Below are positions 49,229-57,550 of a stretch of 64,000 nucleotides of DNA, one piece after another. The DNA lies in IMG/VR virus record IMGVR_UViG_3300025727_000005; one strand, written 5' to 3'. The notes beneath the pieces were generated by a model, which saw only the letters and a program-made list of their open reading frames with translations, had not been told where the DNA came from and made no database searches. The position numbers and the translations under genes were made by a program. Position 1 is the first letter of the stretch; each line of letters begins with the position of its first letter. The stretch is from an uncultured virus (IMG/VR IMGVR_UViG_3300025727_000005). Lineage: Duplodnaviria; Heunggongvirae; Uroviricota; Caudoviricetes.

Positions 49229-49522
49229 ATGAGTGGAGATAGTAAACCCCCCGAAGAAATAGACCCTATAGAAACAGAGATTAATCTCATCAATGAACTT
49301 ATAGGAGATAATATAATTATAGTACTCCATCAAAATGGTATGACTATTATGATGGATGAGGACATAGAATATAGGGCTGAAGAGCAACTGAAGATGTTTA
49401 GTCGTTTATATGTAGCCGCTAACCCCAGCTTTGTGTTGAGACTCTTTTTGATGCTTGAGGTGGGGATGCTTCTCGCATGGGACTACCTAGAAGATTCCTT
49501 CAATAAATATATTAAAAGATAA
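49229..49522 (+). CDS. hypothetical protein
   Basis: 97 aa, AAGGA RBS, hydrophobic C-terminal segment. Confidence 0.55.
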   Translation: MSGDSKPPEEIDPIETEINLINELIGDNIIIVLHQNGMTIMMDEDIEYRAEEQLKMFSRLYVAANPSFVLRLFLMLEVGMLLAWDYLEDSFNKYIKR

Positions 49523-49583
49523 TCTTATCCCCTCCTAAATTGTATAAGGTAAGTGTTCACATTAACCACAATGGAGGTCGCAC

Positions 49584-50048
49584 ATGAGCGATAAATGGAA
49601 AGCAGGACCTGAAGTCCAAGAGCAGATTAATCATCTCATCGGAAACGCACACCCACACTTGGCTGACATCATGAATGACATTGTAGTCATCTTTAAAGAG
49701 AAGTGTTCACGCAAGGGTGGTCGCCCTATTCTCGGTAAGACCTCAAAAGCACCAGGGATCTTGTCTGTCCTTGGGGATCACGCATACGAGTTTGTCATTG
49801 AGCTTGGGGCAGACTGTTGGAACAACCTTAAAGAGAATGAGCGTATGGCTCTACTTGACCATCTTCTCTGCTTCATCGGAGGTGAAGAAGACGAGAAATC
49901 GGGTGAGATGAAGTATTATCTCTCGACTCCCGATGTCTTTTATTTCTCTGAGGAAGTTGCTCGTAATGGGAGTTGGCGTGAGGAGATCCTACCCGATGGT
50001 GTACCCGAAGAGGGTTCAGACGCACCTTTGTTAGACCCTATCGGTTAA
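49584..50048 (+). CDS. putative phage metallopeptidase-like protein, degenerate HExxH
   Basis: FVIEL..DCWNNL...ERMALLDHLLCF, PDV; GGAGGT RBS. Confidence 0.6.
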   Translation: MSDKWKAGPEVQEQINHLIGNAHPHLADIMNDIVVIFKEKCSRKGGRPILGKTSKAPGILSVLGDHAYEFVIELGADCWNNLKENERMALLDHLLCFIGGEEDEKSGEMKYYLSTPDVFYFSEEVARNGSWREEILPDGVPEEGSDAPLLDPIG

Positions 50049-50623
50049 AGGTCTAACCACCTTTTGAGTTCATTGCGATAGTTCTCACCCTTGTTGATGT
50101 AGTGGCTAACGATTTCATTAGACATGAACCTCATGTGGCATCCGATTGTCCAACGAAGATCACCCTTTCGATCAATCGAAGCATTTTCAAGTGTCAACAT
50201 GAAATGGGGATCTTCAGACCCATCAAGAAGTGTTCCTGACTGTAGCACTCGCCGATAATCCCCACCGCTCAGTTTAAATGCCTTTCGTCTAGGGTCAAAC
50301 TTTACATACTTTGGGAAAGTCTTATCAAAGGATTCTGATACGGTACCATCAGTATCGAGCTTATGTAGTGATGAAAGAATCTTCATAATATCTACAACTT
50401 CGTCATACAACTCGATATACAACTCTTGGGTAGGGGTGGTTTCTTCTTCTTGTCCAAAGTAATCATCTTTAAAAATCTTTGAGTCATCTTCATAGTATGA
50501 TCTCTCTGCGTCATACATATTAGAGTCAAAATAACCTTGTGGGTATCCTGCTGTCCTTTGGTTTTCAAGACGAGCGATTCTTGACTCAAGGTTTCTGATT
50601 ACTTCTGATGCTGATCTTCTCAT
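50045..50623 (-). CDS. MRRSASE-leader protein 6
   Basis: MRRSASEVIRNLESRIARLENQRTA; GAAAGGA RBS. Confidence 0.85.
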   Translation of the reverse strand: MRRSASEVIRNLESRIARLENQRTAGYPQGYFDSNMYDAERSYYEDDSKIFKDDYFGQEEETTPTQELYIELYDEVVDIMKILSSLHKLDTDGTVSESFDKTFPKYVKFDPRRKAFKLSGGDYRRVLQSGTLLDGSEDPHFMLTLENASIDRKGDLRWTIGCHMRFMSNEIVSHYINKGENYRNELKRWLDL

Positions 50624-50676
50624 GGGCTGTTCCTTTCATATAAGAACAATGGTATAAAAACACACCTAATGTTAAT

Positions 50677-50692
50677 TATAGGTAAACTATTA
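50677..50692 (-). promoter_or_regulatory. putative late promoter (TAATAGTTTACCTATA)
   Basis: recurrent motif. Confidence 0.6.
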
Positions 50693-50707
50693 AAAAGGAG
50701 TATTGAT

Positions 50708-51193
50708 ATGAAGTACGCAAAATTTGAAAAGATTGATGGAAAAGATCAACTTGTCGTTGTGACCCGTGATGAACTCATTCATTTGGTTGGGTCAGAAGAA
50801 GTGGATCAATACATCTTTGATAATGGGTATACAGACCACTCTGACGAGACATTCAATAACTACCAAGAGATGACCGCACAGACTGCAAAGTACCCCCCAT
50901 CTCAAGCTCTTGAGTACCTTTCACTCGGTATTGCATCTGAGGCGGGAGAGGTAGCAGGTAAGATGAAGAAATGGATTCGAGATGATTCCAAACTTTGGGA
51001 GATTGAAAAAGAGGAGGCTAAACAAAAGTGGGTTCAAGCGATGTCATCAGAGATTGGGGATGTTCTCTGGTATTGTGCCCGACTCGCAGATGAGCTTGGT
51101 CTAAGTCTCTCTCAGATTGCAGAAGAGAATATGGAGAAGCTCTTAGATCGAAAGGCTCGTGGTGTTATCGGTGGTAGTGGGGATAACCGATGA
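50708..51193 (+). CDS. mazG: MazG-like nucleoside triphosphate pyrophosphohydrolase
   Basis: LGIASEAGEVA, EIGDVLWY, NMEKLLDR..RGVIGGSGDNR; AAGGAG RBS. Confidence 0.85.
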   Translation: MKYAKFEKIDGKDQLVVVTRDELIHLVGSEEVDQYIFDNGYTDHSDETFNNYQEMTAQTAKYPPSQALEYLSLGIASEAGEVAGKMKKWIRDDSKLWEIEKEEAKQKWVQAMSSEIGDVLWYCARLADELGLSLSQIAEENMEKLLDRKARGVIGGSGDNR

Positions 51194-51247
51194 GGTTTAT
51201 AAACTGTTTATAATCTCCTTTAGTTATAAAAACTGAGGTTAGTTTAT

Positions 51248-51931
51248 ATGAGACTAGTTTGCATTTCAGACACACACAACCAGCACGATAAACTTGAGTT
51301 GCCCGATGGGGATGTTCTAATCCACGCAGGAGATTGGACAGGTACAGGTACGCAAAAGCAAGTTATCTCATTTATAAGATGGTTTGCGAATCAGCCACAT
51401 AAACATAAAGTCTTGATTGCAGGAAATCATGAGGTGACTCTTGACTCACCTTTTTATCGTACTAACTGGCCTAGATTCCACCCTCAACAACCCCACAGTT
51501 CACATGATATCTCTAACTATGTGTTGAGAGAAGAGGGCATCCACTACCTTGAGGATACAGAGGTGGTTATAGAGGGTGTTAAGTTTTACGGTAGTCCATG
51601 TCAGCCCTCTTTTGGTGGTTGGGCTTTTAATGTAGACAGGGGTTTACCGATACGATCTGTATGGGGGAATATACCCGATGACACTGATGTCTTGATAACT
51701 CATGGGCCTCCACATGGATATGGAGATAAGTTAGCTTGTGGAGAGCGTGTGGGCTGTAAAGATTTACTTGATGAGGTAACGACAAGAATCAAGCCCAAAG
51801 TCCATATTTACGGACATATACATGAAGGGTATGGCACATACGACTTAGAGGGTATAAAGCTAATTAACCCTTCTAGTTGTAATGAGCATTATAAGATTAC
51901 AAATAAGCCTATCATATATGACTTAGAATAA
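51248..51931 (+). CDS. calcineurin-like metallophosphoesterase (MPPED/239FB-like)
   Basis: ISDTH, HAGD, AGNHE, ITHGPP, GHIHE. Confidence 0.92.
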   Translation: MRLVCISDTHNQHDKLELPDGDVLIHAGDWTGTGTQKQVISFIRWFANQPHKHKVLIAGNHEVTLDSPFYRTNWPRFHPQQPHSSHDISNYVLREEGIHYLEDTEVVIEGVKFYGSPCQPSFGGWAFNVDRGLPIRSVWGNIPDDTDVLITHGPPHGYGDKLACGERVGCKDLLDEVTTRIKPKVHIYGHIHEGYGTYDLEGIKLINPSSCNEHYKITNKPIIYDLE

Positions 51932-51984
51932 CTTGTTTTCAAGTCGTGCTATTCTTGATTCGAGTCTGAAGCTGATCTTTTCAT
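51923..51984 (-). pseudogene. empty, frameshifted MRRSASE-leader cassette
   Basis: ATG AAA AGA TCA GCT TCA GA, a 13-nt deletion, then CTC GAA TCA AGA ATA GCA CGA CTT GAA AAC AAG (LESRIARLENK); no cargo. Confidence 0.85.
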
Positions 51985-52032
51985 AATGGTTTCTCCATTT
52001 GGTTAAGGTTAAAGAGATCACTTAAGATCAAG

Positions 52033-52048
52033 TATAAATAAACTATCA
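52033..52048 (-). promoter_or_regulatory. putative late promoter (TGATAGTTTATTTATA)
   Basis: 49 nt upstream of the empty leader. Confidence 0.6.
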
Positions 52049-52051
52049 AAC

Positions 52052-53062
52052 CTAGTATGGCTCTCTGAAATCTAGGTTTTCTCCCTCAAGGAGATGAGCA
52101 ATAAAATTAAGCTCCTTCTTACTTAGACCTCTAAAAGTAAGAGTTGTTTCTAGGTGTCCAGACTCATTTAAGACAGCTTCTGTGAAATGATCCTCTACAC
52201 CCCAAGCATATCCAGCATAAACGGAAGAACTATCTTGCTCAAGTACTATTGAAGAGGGTTTGACCTCGACAGACATTAAACCCTCTATTTCACCAAACTC
52301 ACTCTTAACTGCTTCCTCAATGTCTTCCCCCCTCAACTGACCCTTATCTTCCCAAGTAGCGATTATATCCCTATCATCCATAAGTTTGTGGGTGAGTGTG
52401 TAGGTAGTATTTATTCGAGCTGTCTTGTTTTCAAGTCGAGCGACTCTTGATTCAAGACTGTTAATTATTTCACTAGCTGATCTTCTCATCCCTGCGATCT
52501 CCATATCTTTGAGTATTCTATTTAGAACTTTCTTGACTCTACGATCTCTAGTCAAAGAGAGGGCTTTTTCAAAGTCTCCGCTCCATAGTGCGTCATATTT
52601 TTCAGACATTTCATCTCTAAACTCTGGGTCATAGATATAAAGCATTGGTTCATGCTTTTCGATAGCCTCGATTAAGAGATGTTTTACGGACGAGTGTCTT
52701 TTCATGATGTATTCACTTTGTTTGCTTGTGGATGGAAAAGGGGTTGGGTTATATTTAGCCGCCATATCAACCATCTCACGATCTTCATGTGTGAGTCTTT
52801 GTCGATACCAGTCAGAACCCATAGTGATAAGTGCATAATTAGTACGGTCTAAAGATCTCTCCATTTTAGAGAGGTGCTTAGGGATGGCTTCAAAGTTATC
52901 CCCACAACGCTTGTATACTTCTTCTGCGAGTTGCGGGTGTTCTTTGATAGCTTCTACCATCTGGTTGACATGACTACGAACAATGTGAGCTTCTACACGA
53001 GAGGCTGAGACACCTTCAGATAAAATAGACCAAGATGCTTGGCTTGAAGATTTCTTTTTCAT
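52052..53062 (-). CDS. fusion protein with internal MRRSASE leader (ATG at 52489)
   Basis: start MKKKSSS; internal MRRSASEIINSLESRVARLENKTA. Confidence 0.8.
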   Translation of the reverse strand: MKKKSSSQASWSILSEGVSASRVEAHIVRSHVNQMVEAIKEHPQLAEEVYKRCGDNFEAIPKHLSKMERSLDRTNYALITMGSDWYRQRLTHEDREMVDMAAKYNPTPFPSTSKQSEYIMKRHSSVKHLLIEAIEKHEPMLYIYDPEFRDEMSEKYDALWSGDFEKALSLTRDRRVKKVLNRILKDMEIAGMRRSASEIINSLESRVARLENKTARINTTYTLTHKLMDDRDIIATWEDKGQLRGEDIEEAVKSEFGEIEGLMSVEVKPSSIVLEQDSSSVYAGYAWGVEDHFTEAVLNESGHLETTLTFRGLSKKELNFIAHLLEGENLDFREPY

Positions 53063-53096
53063 TATTATCCCCCTTGTCTTTTGTTCTAACGACAAT

Positions 53097-53112
53097 AATA
53101 GAAGAACTATTA
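53097..53112 (-). promoter_or_regulatory. putative late promoter (TAATAGTTCTTCTATT)
   Basis: overlaps stop codon of 53110..53574. Confidence 0.55.
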
Positions 53113-53574
53113 CTCAAGCTCTTCTGGTATATCGAAGCGTATCGTTCTTCTATATTTATCTCGATACCCAATTTTAGCTTCTACTTGATGCTTACAAGGG
53201 ATCATCTTTCCTGTCTTGATCTTGTGTAAGATTAACTCGTAATCCATGAGATCACCAGGCAATGCCATAATGATATATGGGTTAGCTATATCAGTTGGTA
53301 GGTCTTTAGGGTCAACTACAAGCACAATCGCAGTTGGAGTAGAAATCCAACCTTTAATGTGGATCGTCTGTTTGGTAGCAAGTATTGAGGTGTATGGCTT
53401 TAAGTCGATTACAGATCCGTTTGATCCGAATGACTTAAGGACAGCAACAGACCCTTTTTTAGTCCAATAAGATGGAATAGGGGGTGTGTTGAGTTCACTC
53501 CTCCACCAGAGTAAAAGTTCTTCGGGTTCTCTTATACAAGCAACGAGACTAGATATTTTTGTGATTAGATCCAT
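53110..53574 (-). CDS. hypothetical protein
   Basis: 154 aa, tightly packed in operon. Confidence 0.6.
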   Translation of the reverse strand: MDLITKISSLVACIREPEELLLWWRSELNTPPIPSYWTKKGSVAVLKSFGSNGSVIDLKPYTSILATKQTIHIKGWISTPTAIVLVVDPKDLPTDIANPYIIMALPGDLMDYELILHKIKTGKMIPCKHQVEAKIGYRDKYRRTIRFDIPEELE

Positions 53575-53576
53575 GA

Positions 53577-55406
53577 TTACTGCCCTTTGATTTTAAACTT
53601 AGTTTTCCAGTTAGGTGAGTAAGTGTCCAAGACACTTCTGTTCACCCTAGAGACTAAGTTAGGTTCAAGCACATTAGCGATCAAAGCATTGGTTTTAGGT
53701 GTTCGAGAGCTTTTGGGCATATAGATGTTTCCGTTAGTCTTATCTATAAATGCCACAGCGTGTTTAGACCCTAACTCCAAGTTATCGTAGACTAGTTTAA
53801 TCATAGAATTGCCTACTCTAGCTTCTAAGTCTAAAGCATTCGCTATTCCCCTACTCGCTTCTGTGATCGCATCTAAATTACTTTCTGGAGTAGTTGGTCT
53901 TGTCGGTTCGGGTGTTTGATCCACGATTTCTGTTGGAGGAGGTGTTGTATTCCCCTCCGTTATCATGTTCATTGTTCTCCAACGAGGCTTTAAGCTACTC
54001 ATTCTCTCATGTCCTACACAAACATCTAAGTTATTGTCTGTAATGTTTGCGAGGTTGACATTTAGGTTTGGTTTAGACTTATTCTTAGGTGCAAACAAGT
54101 TACCTGTCGCATAGTCAATGAACATATATGCGTGTGTAGATCCAATAGCTTGATTGGTGTAGATAAAGAGTCCATACTTACGCCCCTTCTTAAAGAACAG
54201 TCCAAGACGACTCGCCAAGGACTCAGAGGTCTGTATCATTTGTTGTTTACTTGGGAGTGTTTCTTCAACCTGCGTTGTGGGAACATTCTCTTCTGGTGTA
54301 AATTCTTCCGTAAAGTCAGTCATGTTTGGAGTGTACTCTTGACCGTCTATTACAATGCTATTAAACGCATCTAAAGACTTCGGATGTAGCTTCCCTACTG
54401 CTTTGTAAGCTAAGGCTTCGCAGAAATGCTCTTCTACATCAGAGGTAGCATAATTAGTAGGGAACAGACCAGACCGAGACTTGAGGTGGTCTTTAATGTA
54501 CTTTGCTTTGTACGCACCGACTTCGCTTCCATCTGGCAATACAAGGTAAACACCACCTCTTGGGTGAGTCCGAGAAAGCGTAGTTGGAACACCATGACTC
54601 GGATTTGAACTTATAGTTGTCTTAGTACGATTCTTTTTGGCATATAAACCGATGTCTTTACCCACAAAGTCATTGAGATTTACTCTGTGTCCCATATGAC
54701 ATCGGGAGTCATATCTTCTCCATAAACTCTTTTTCTCCCTAGATAGATTCTTCCTGTAATATCTATGTCCAATTTCATGGATGAATGTCTTCATGAACTC
54801 TTCTTGATCTCGACCCATGTGCTTTAGGGTGACTTCATCTTTAGCAGAGTTGTACCACGCATACCAACTAGCCCTACCTAGCTTTTCGACTAACACCACA
54901 TCACCATAAAGTGCTTGAGTAAAGTTGGGTGCAAGCGAGTTTGTGCAGTAAGTAAGTGCTTTAGTACAAGCCTCTACCATCTCTTCAACTTTATCGCCAC
55001 TGAGGTTGATTGGGTTCTGCAAAGTAAAAGGACCAACATCAACTGTGTTTTCACCTTCTTCTCTTAATGGATGTTTCAGAAGATCAAAGATATCCTTAAT
55101 ATGTGATCTTCTATCAGAAAACCATTTAGCTGGACTGAATCTTGATCTAGGCATCTTAACCTTGTTTTTTATGGCTCGGACTCTCCTAGATTTATCTTCG
55201 GGAAACTTGATCTTATGGAACAAGAAATCGGCTAGATGCACTGTGTGTACTACTGCCGTAGTATCTAAACTCTGAAGATGCAGATGATCTTCAATGTAGT
55301 CGAGAGCATCGGTTACTTTTATATTGAACTGACTACCTCTTACGAGTCCTTGCCAGTCGCCTAGTTTACATCTACTTAAATGATTATAACTAGCGTACTT
55401 TTTCAT
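53577..55406 (-). CDS. zincin-like metalloprotease domain plus two C-terminal repeated domains
   Basis: FIHEIGH and YATSDVEEHFCEA; repeats HAYMFIDYATGNLFAPK and HAVAFIDKTNGNIYMPK. Confidence 0.65.
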   Translation of the reverse strand: MKKYASYNHLSRCKLGDWQGLVRGSQFNIKVTDALDYIEDHLHLQSLDTTAVVHTVHLADFLFHKIKFPEDKSRRVRAIKNKVKMPRSRFSPAKWFSDRRSHIKDIFDLLKHPLREEGENTVDVGPFTLQNPINLSGDKVEEMVEACTKALTYCTNSLAPNFTQALYGDVVLVEKLGRASWYAWYNSAKDEVTLKHMGRDQEEFMKTFIHEIGHRYYRKNLSREKKSLWRRYDSRCHMGHRVNLNDFVGKDIGLYAKKNRTKTTISSNPSHGVPTTLSRTHPRGGVYLVLPDGSEVGAYKAKYIKDHLKSRSGLFPTNYATSDVEEHFCEALAYKAVGKLHPKSLDAFNSIVIDGQEYTPNMTDFTEEFTPEENVPTTQVEETLPSKQQMIQTSESLASRLGLFFKKGRKYGLFIYTNQAIGSTHAYMFIDYATGNLFAPKNKSKPNLNVNLANITDNNLDVCVGHERMSSLKPRWRTMNMITEGNTTPPPTEIVDQTPEPTRPTTPESNLDAITEASRGIANALDLEARVGNSMIKLVYDNLELGSKHAVAFIDKTNGNIYMPKSSRTPKTNALIANVLEPNLVSRVNRSVLDTYSPNWKTKFKIKGQ

Positions 55407-55408
55407 TT

Positions 55409-56140
55409 TTACCACCTGATCTTGAACTTGACTTTAAGTTGTAAATCTTCGTTAATGACTTCTTCTGGAGGTCTTGTGTCATAAGAATAGTTAAACTCAT
55501 TAATGATAGAGAAGAACTTATCTACCTTGAACTCTAATGAACCTGTCCCCAGAATACGATAATCAGAAGGAGTCATAAAGAGAGGCTGATAATAGGCTAT
55601 TATTTTCCCCTCTACTGTGTCCTTCCACTTTTTACCTAGTCTGATATAGGAAGTACCTCTAGCGTCTAACCTACCCTCTTTTAAGCCTTCAATTTGTTCA
55701 TAGTCTGACATACCCCCTAGACCTATGGCTAGATGGTCTTCAAAAGCAGTAAATCTAATTCCAAATCCAGTTAGTTGTCTGAGTTGAAGAAGTCTGAACT
55801 CATCTTTTTGGTTTTGGGTGAACATTTCTGTTCCTATGTGGTTGAACCACATAGCTGTCCACCTTAAATGAGAATACGCAGTGTTGTTAAAAGACTCTCC
55901 GTCTTCTTCTCCGTAGGAAACAGATCCTATAAGTAAGTTATGGTGTACGCCACTAATGTGATCTAACCTCAAACCTGCTTGGTATTGGAATACTTCCACA
56001 TTTCCTCTTTGAAGAGAAACTCCTACTTCGGTAGAACCATGTAATCCTTGCTTATTTCCACTTCGGTCAGACTCGATGTTTACAACCTGTCCCCATGCCA
56101 TAAGAGGGGGCATCAACAGAAAGATAAGCAAGGCTCTCAT
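55409..56140 (-). CDS. outer-membrane beta-barrel protein (DUF481-like)
   Basis: signal peptide MRALLIFLLMPPLMAWG; alternating beta-strands; YSYDTRPP; terminal aromatic residue (KFKIRW). Confidence 0.7.
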   Translation of the reverse strand: MRALLIFLLMPPLMAWGQVVNIESDRSGNKQGLHGSTEVGVSLQRGNVEVFQYQAGLRLDHISGVHHNLLIGSVSYGEEDGESFNNTAYSHLRWTAMWFNHIGTEMFTQNQKDEFRLLQLRQLTGFGIRFTAFEDHLAIGLGGMSDYEQIEGLKEGRLDARGTSYIRLGKKWKDTVEGKIIAYYQPLFMTPSDYRILGTGSLEFKVDKFFSIINEFNYSYDTRPPEEVINEDLQLKVKFKIRW

Positions 56141-57549
56141 TACAGAATCTCTACAGGGTAGTTCTCCAATAGGAGTTTTGTAAGAGGACATCGCTTTTTC
56201 TTAGCGTGTGTTTGTAGGTACGGGATATGATCACTACTCTTATTGTGGAGAGTGTGAGCAATAGTTCCTGTATAAAGAATGAGATCAGAGATCGCCTTAT
56301 GTGCAGACTTTGCACAAGAGGGTTTAAATCCTAAAGGGCCTGATAACACACGCTTTGGTTTCTGATTGAGCAAGCAAGCACCACTAAGAGCTTTACTAGC
56401 ATGACAGTTTGATCCTTGGCATCGAGTGCTGAAATAAGTACCCGCTTCTGGGTGTTTTGTTTCAACAAACCGAGCGAGGGTATTTACCTTTTTCTCCAGT
56501 TTACGCAGAGCAACCTCTACATCACTCTGGACTCGCTTGGTGAAGCCATAGTTCCCACTAGCCGCAGTCTTGGTTGCCATTCGACTCATGCCTCGGTAGA
56601 TTTCCATAGCCATCGCATTGTTGGTGGCCGCATACTCAAAAAGCCTTTCAGCATCTTGATCTACCAACTCTTCTTCGATCTCACGAACGGAAACCCCATA
56701 GTGATCTGCGATATGCTTCAGGATCTGAGCCTTCTTTGCAGGGGGGATGCTGTTCAGATACTTTGCGTTCTCAGCACCCGAACCAGCGATCTTGTTCATA
56801 TATTGAGAAGCCACTCTACTAGACTGTACTGAGTTAGCAATCAAGTCAGCTATTTGCTGACCTAATTGTTTCGCAGATGACCCATTAAGGTTCTTGATCA
56901 AATCCCTACCTACCCAAAGAGAAGTCGCAATCTCATTTGATTTTCCAGATCCCTCAGTTGAGTTTTGAAAAAAGATAGTAGTATTTAAAGAAGATATCTC
57001 CATTTTGACTGAATAAAAAGGTTTACCTCTTAACCTTGCATGGGTACTGACCTTAATCTCAGTGATCTTAATGTCTCCTTTAATATTCTGGGCATCAAGC
57101 CAAGTTTCAAGTTTCATTACAAAAGCATAGAGTTTGCTTCGGACATCTTCTTCATCAATGAGTTTAGCGACCTCAGTCAAAGACTTTCCAGTATTTGAAT
57201 TAAACAACTCTTTTGGTGAGTACATTGCTTGACGCAAAGTAGACCTAGACTTAGTAATCAAGTCATCAACTTCTTTTTTGAGTCGTTTGATGTTCTTGTC
57301 GGCTTTTTCCATAGCTCTGTTATAGTGTTCAAAGCTAGGTGTATAAGCATCACGACCATGTGTATTTACTAGATCTTGTTCATTTTGTTCAGCTCTCTCC
57401 CAGTTCTGATAGATCCTACGATCAATCATACCTAGATCAAGAAGCCCTTTGATGTCCATGCTATCAATACACTTTTCAGCTTGGTCAATTTTCTCTTGAA
57501 AGAGCAAAGATTTTTCAATCAGATTTTCGGATATTTCATGCCTACTCAT
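56140..57549 (-). CDS. modular hypothetical protein (putative head/internal protein)
   Basis: start MSRHEISE; SSRVASQY, NKIAG, RMATKTAA linkers. Confidence 0.65.
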   Translation of the reverse strand: MSRHEISENLIEKSLLFQEKIDQAEKCIDSMDIKGLLDLGMIDRRIYQNWERAEQNEQDLVNTHGRDAYTPSFEHYNRAMEKADKNIKRLKKEVDDLITKSRSTLRQAMYSPKELFNSNTGKSLTEVAKLIDEEDVRSKLYAFVMKLETWLDAQNIKGDIKITEIKVSTHARLRGKPFYSVKMEISSLNTTIFFQNSTEGSGKSNEIATSLWVGRDLIKNLNGSSAKQLGQQIADLIANSVQSSRVASQYMNKIAGSGAENAKYLNSIPPAKKAQILKHIADHYGVSVREIEEELVDQDAERLFEYAATNNAMAMEIYRGMSRMATKTAASGNYGFTKRVQSDVEVALRKLEKKVNTLARFVETKHPEAGTYFSTRCQGSNCHASKALSGACLLNQKPKRVLSGPLGFKPSCAKSAHKAISDLILYTGTIAHTLHNKSSDHIPYLQTHAKKKRCPLTKLLLENYPVEIL

Positions 57550-57550
57550 A

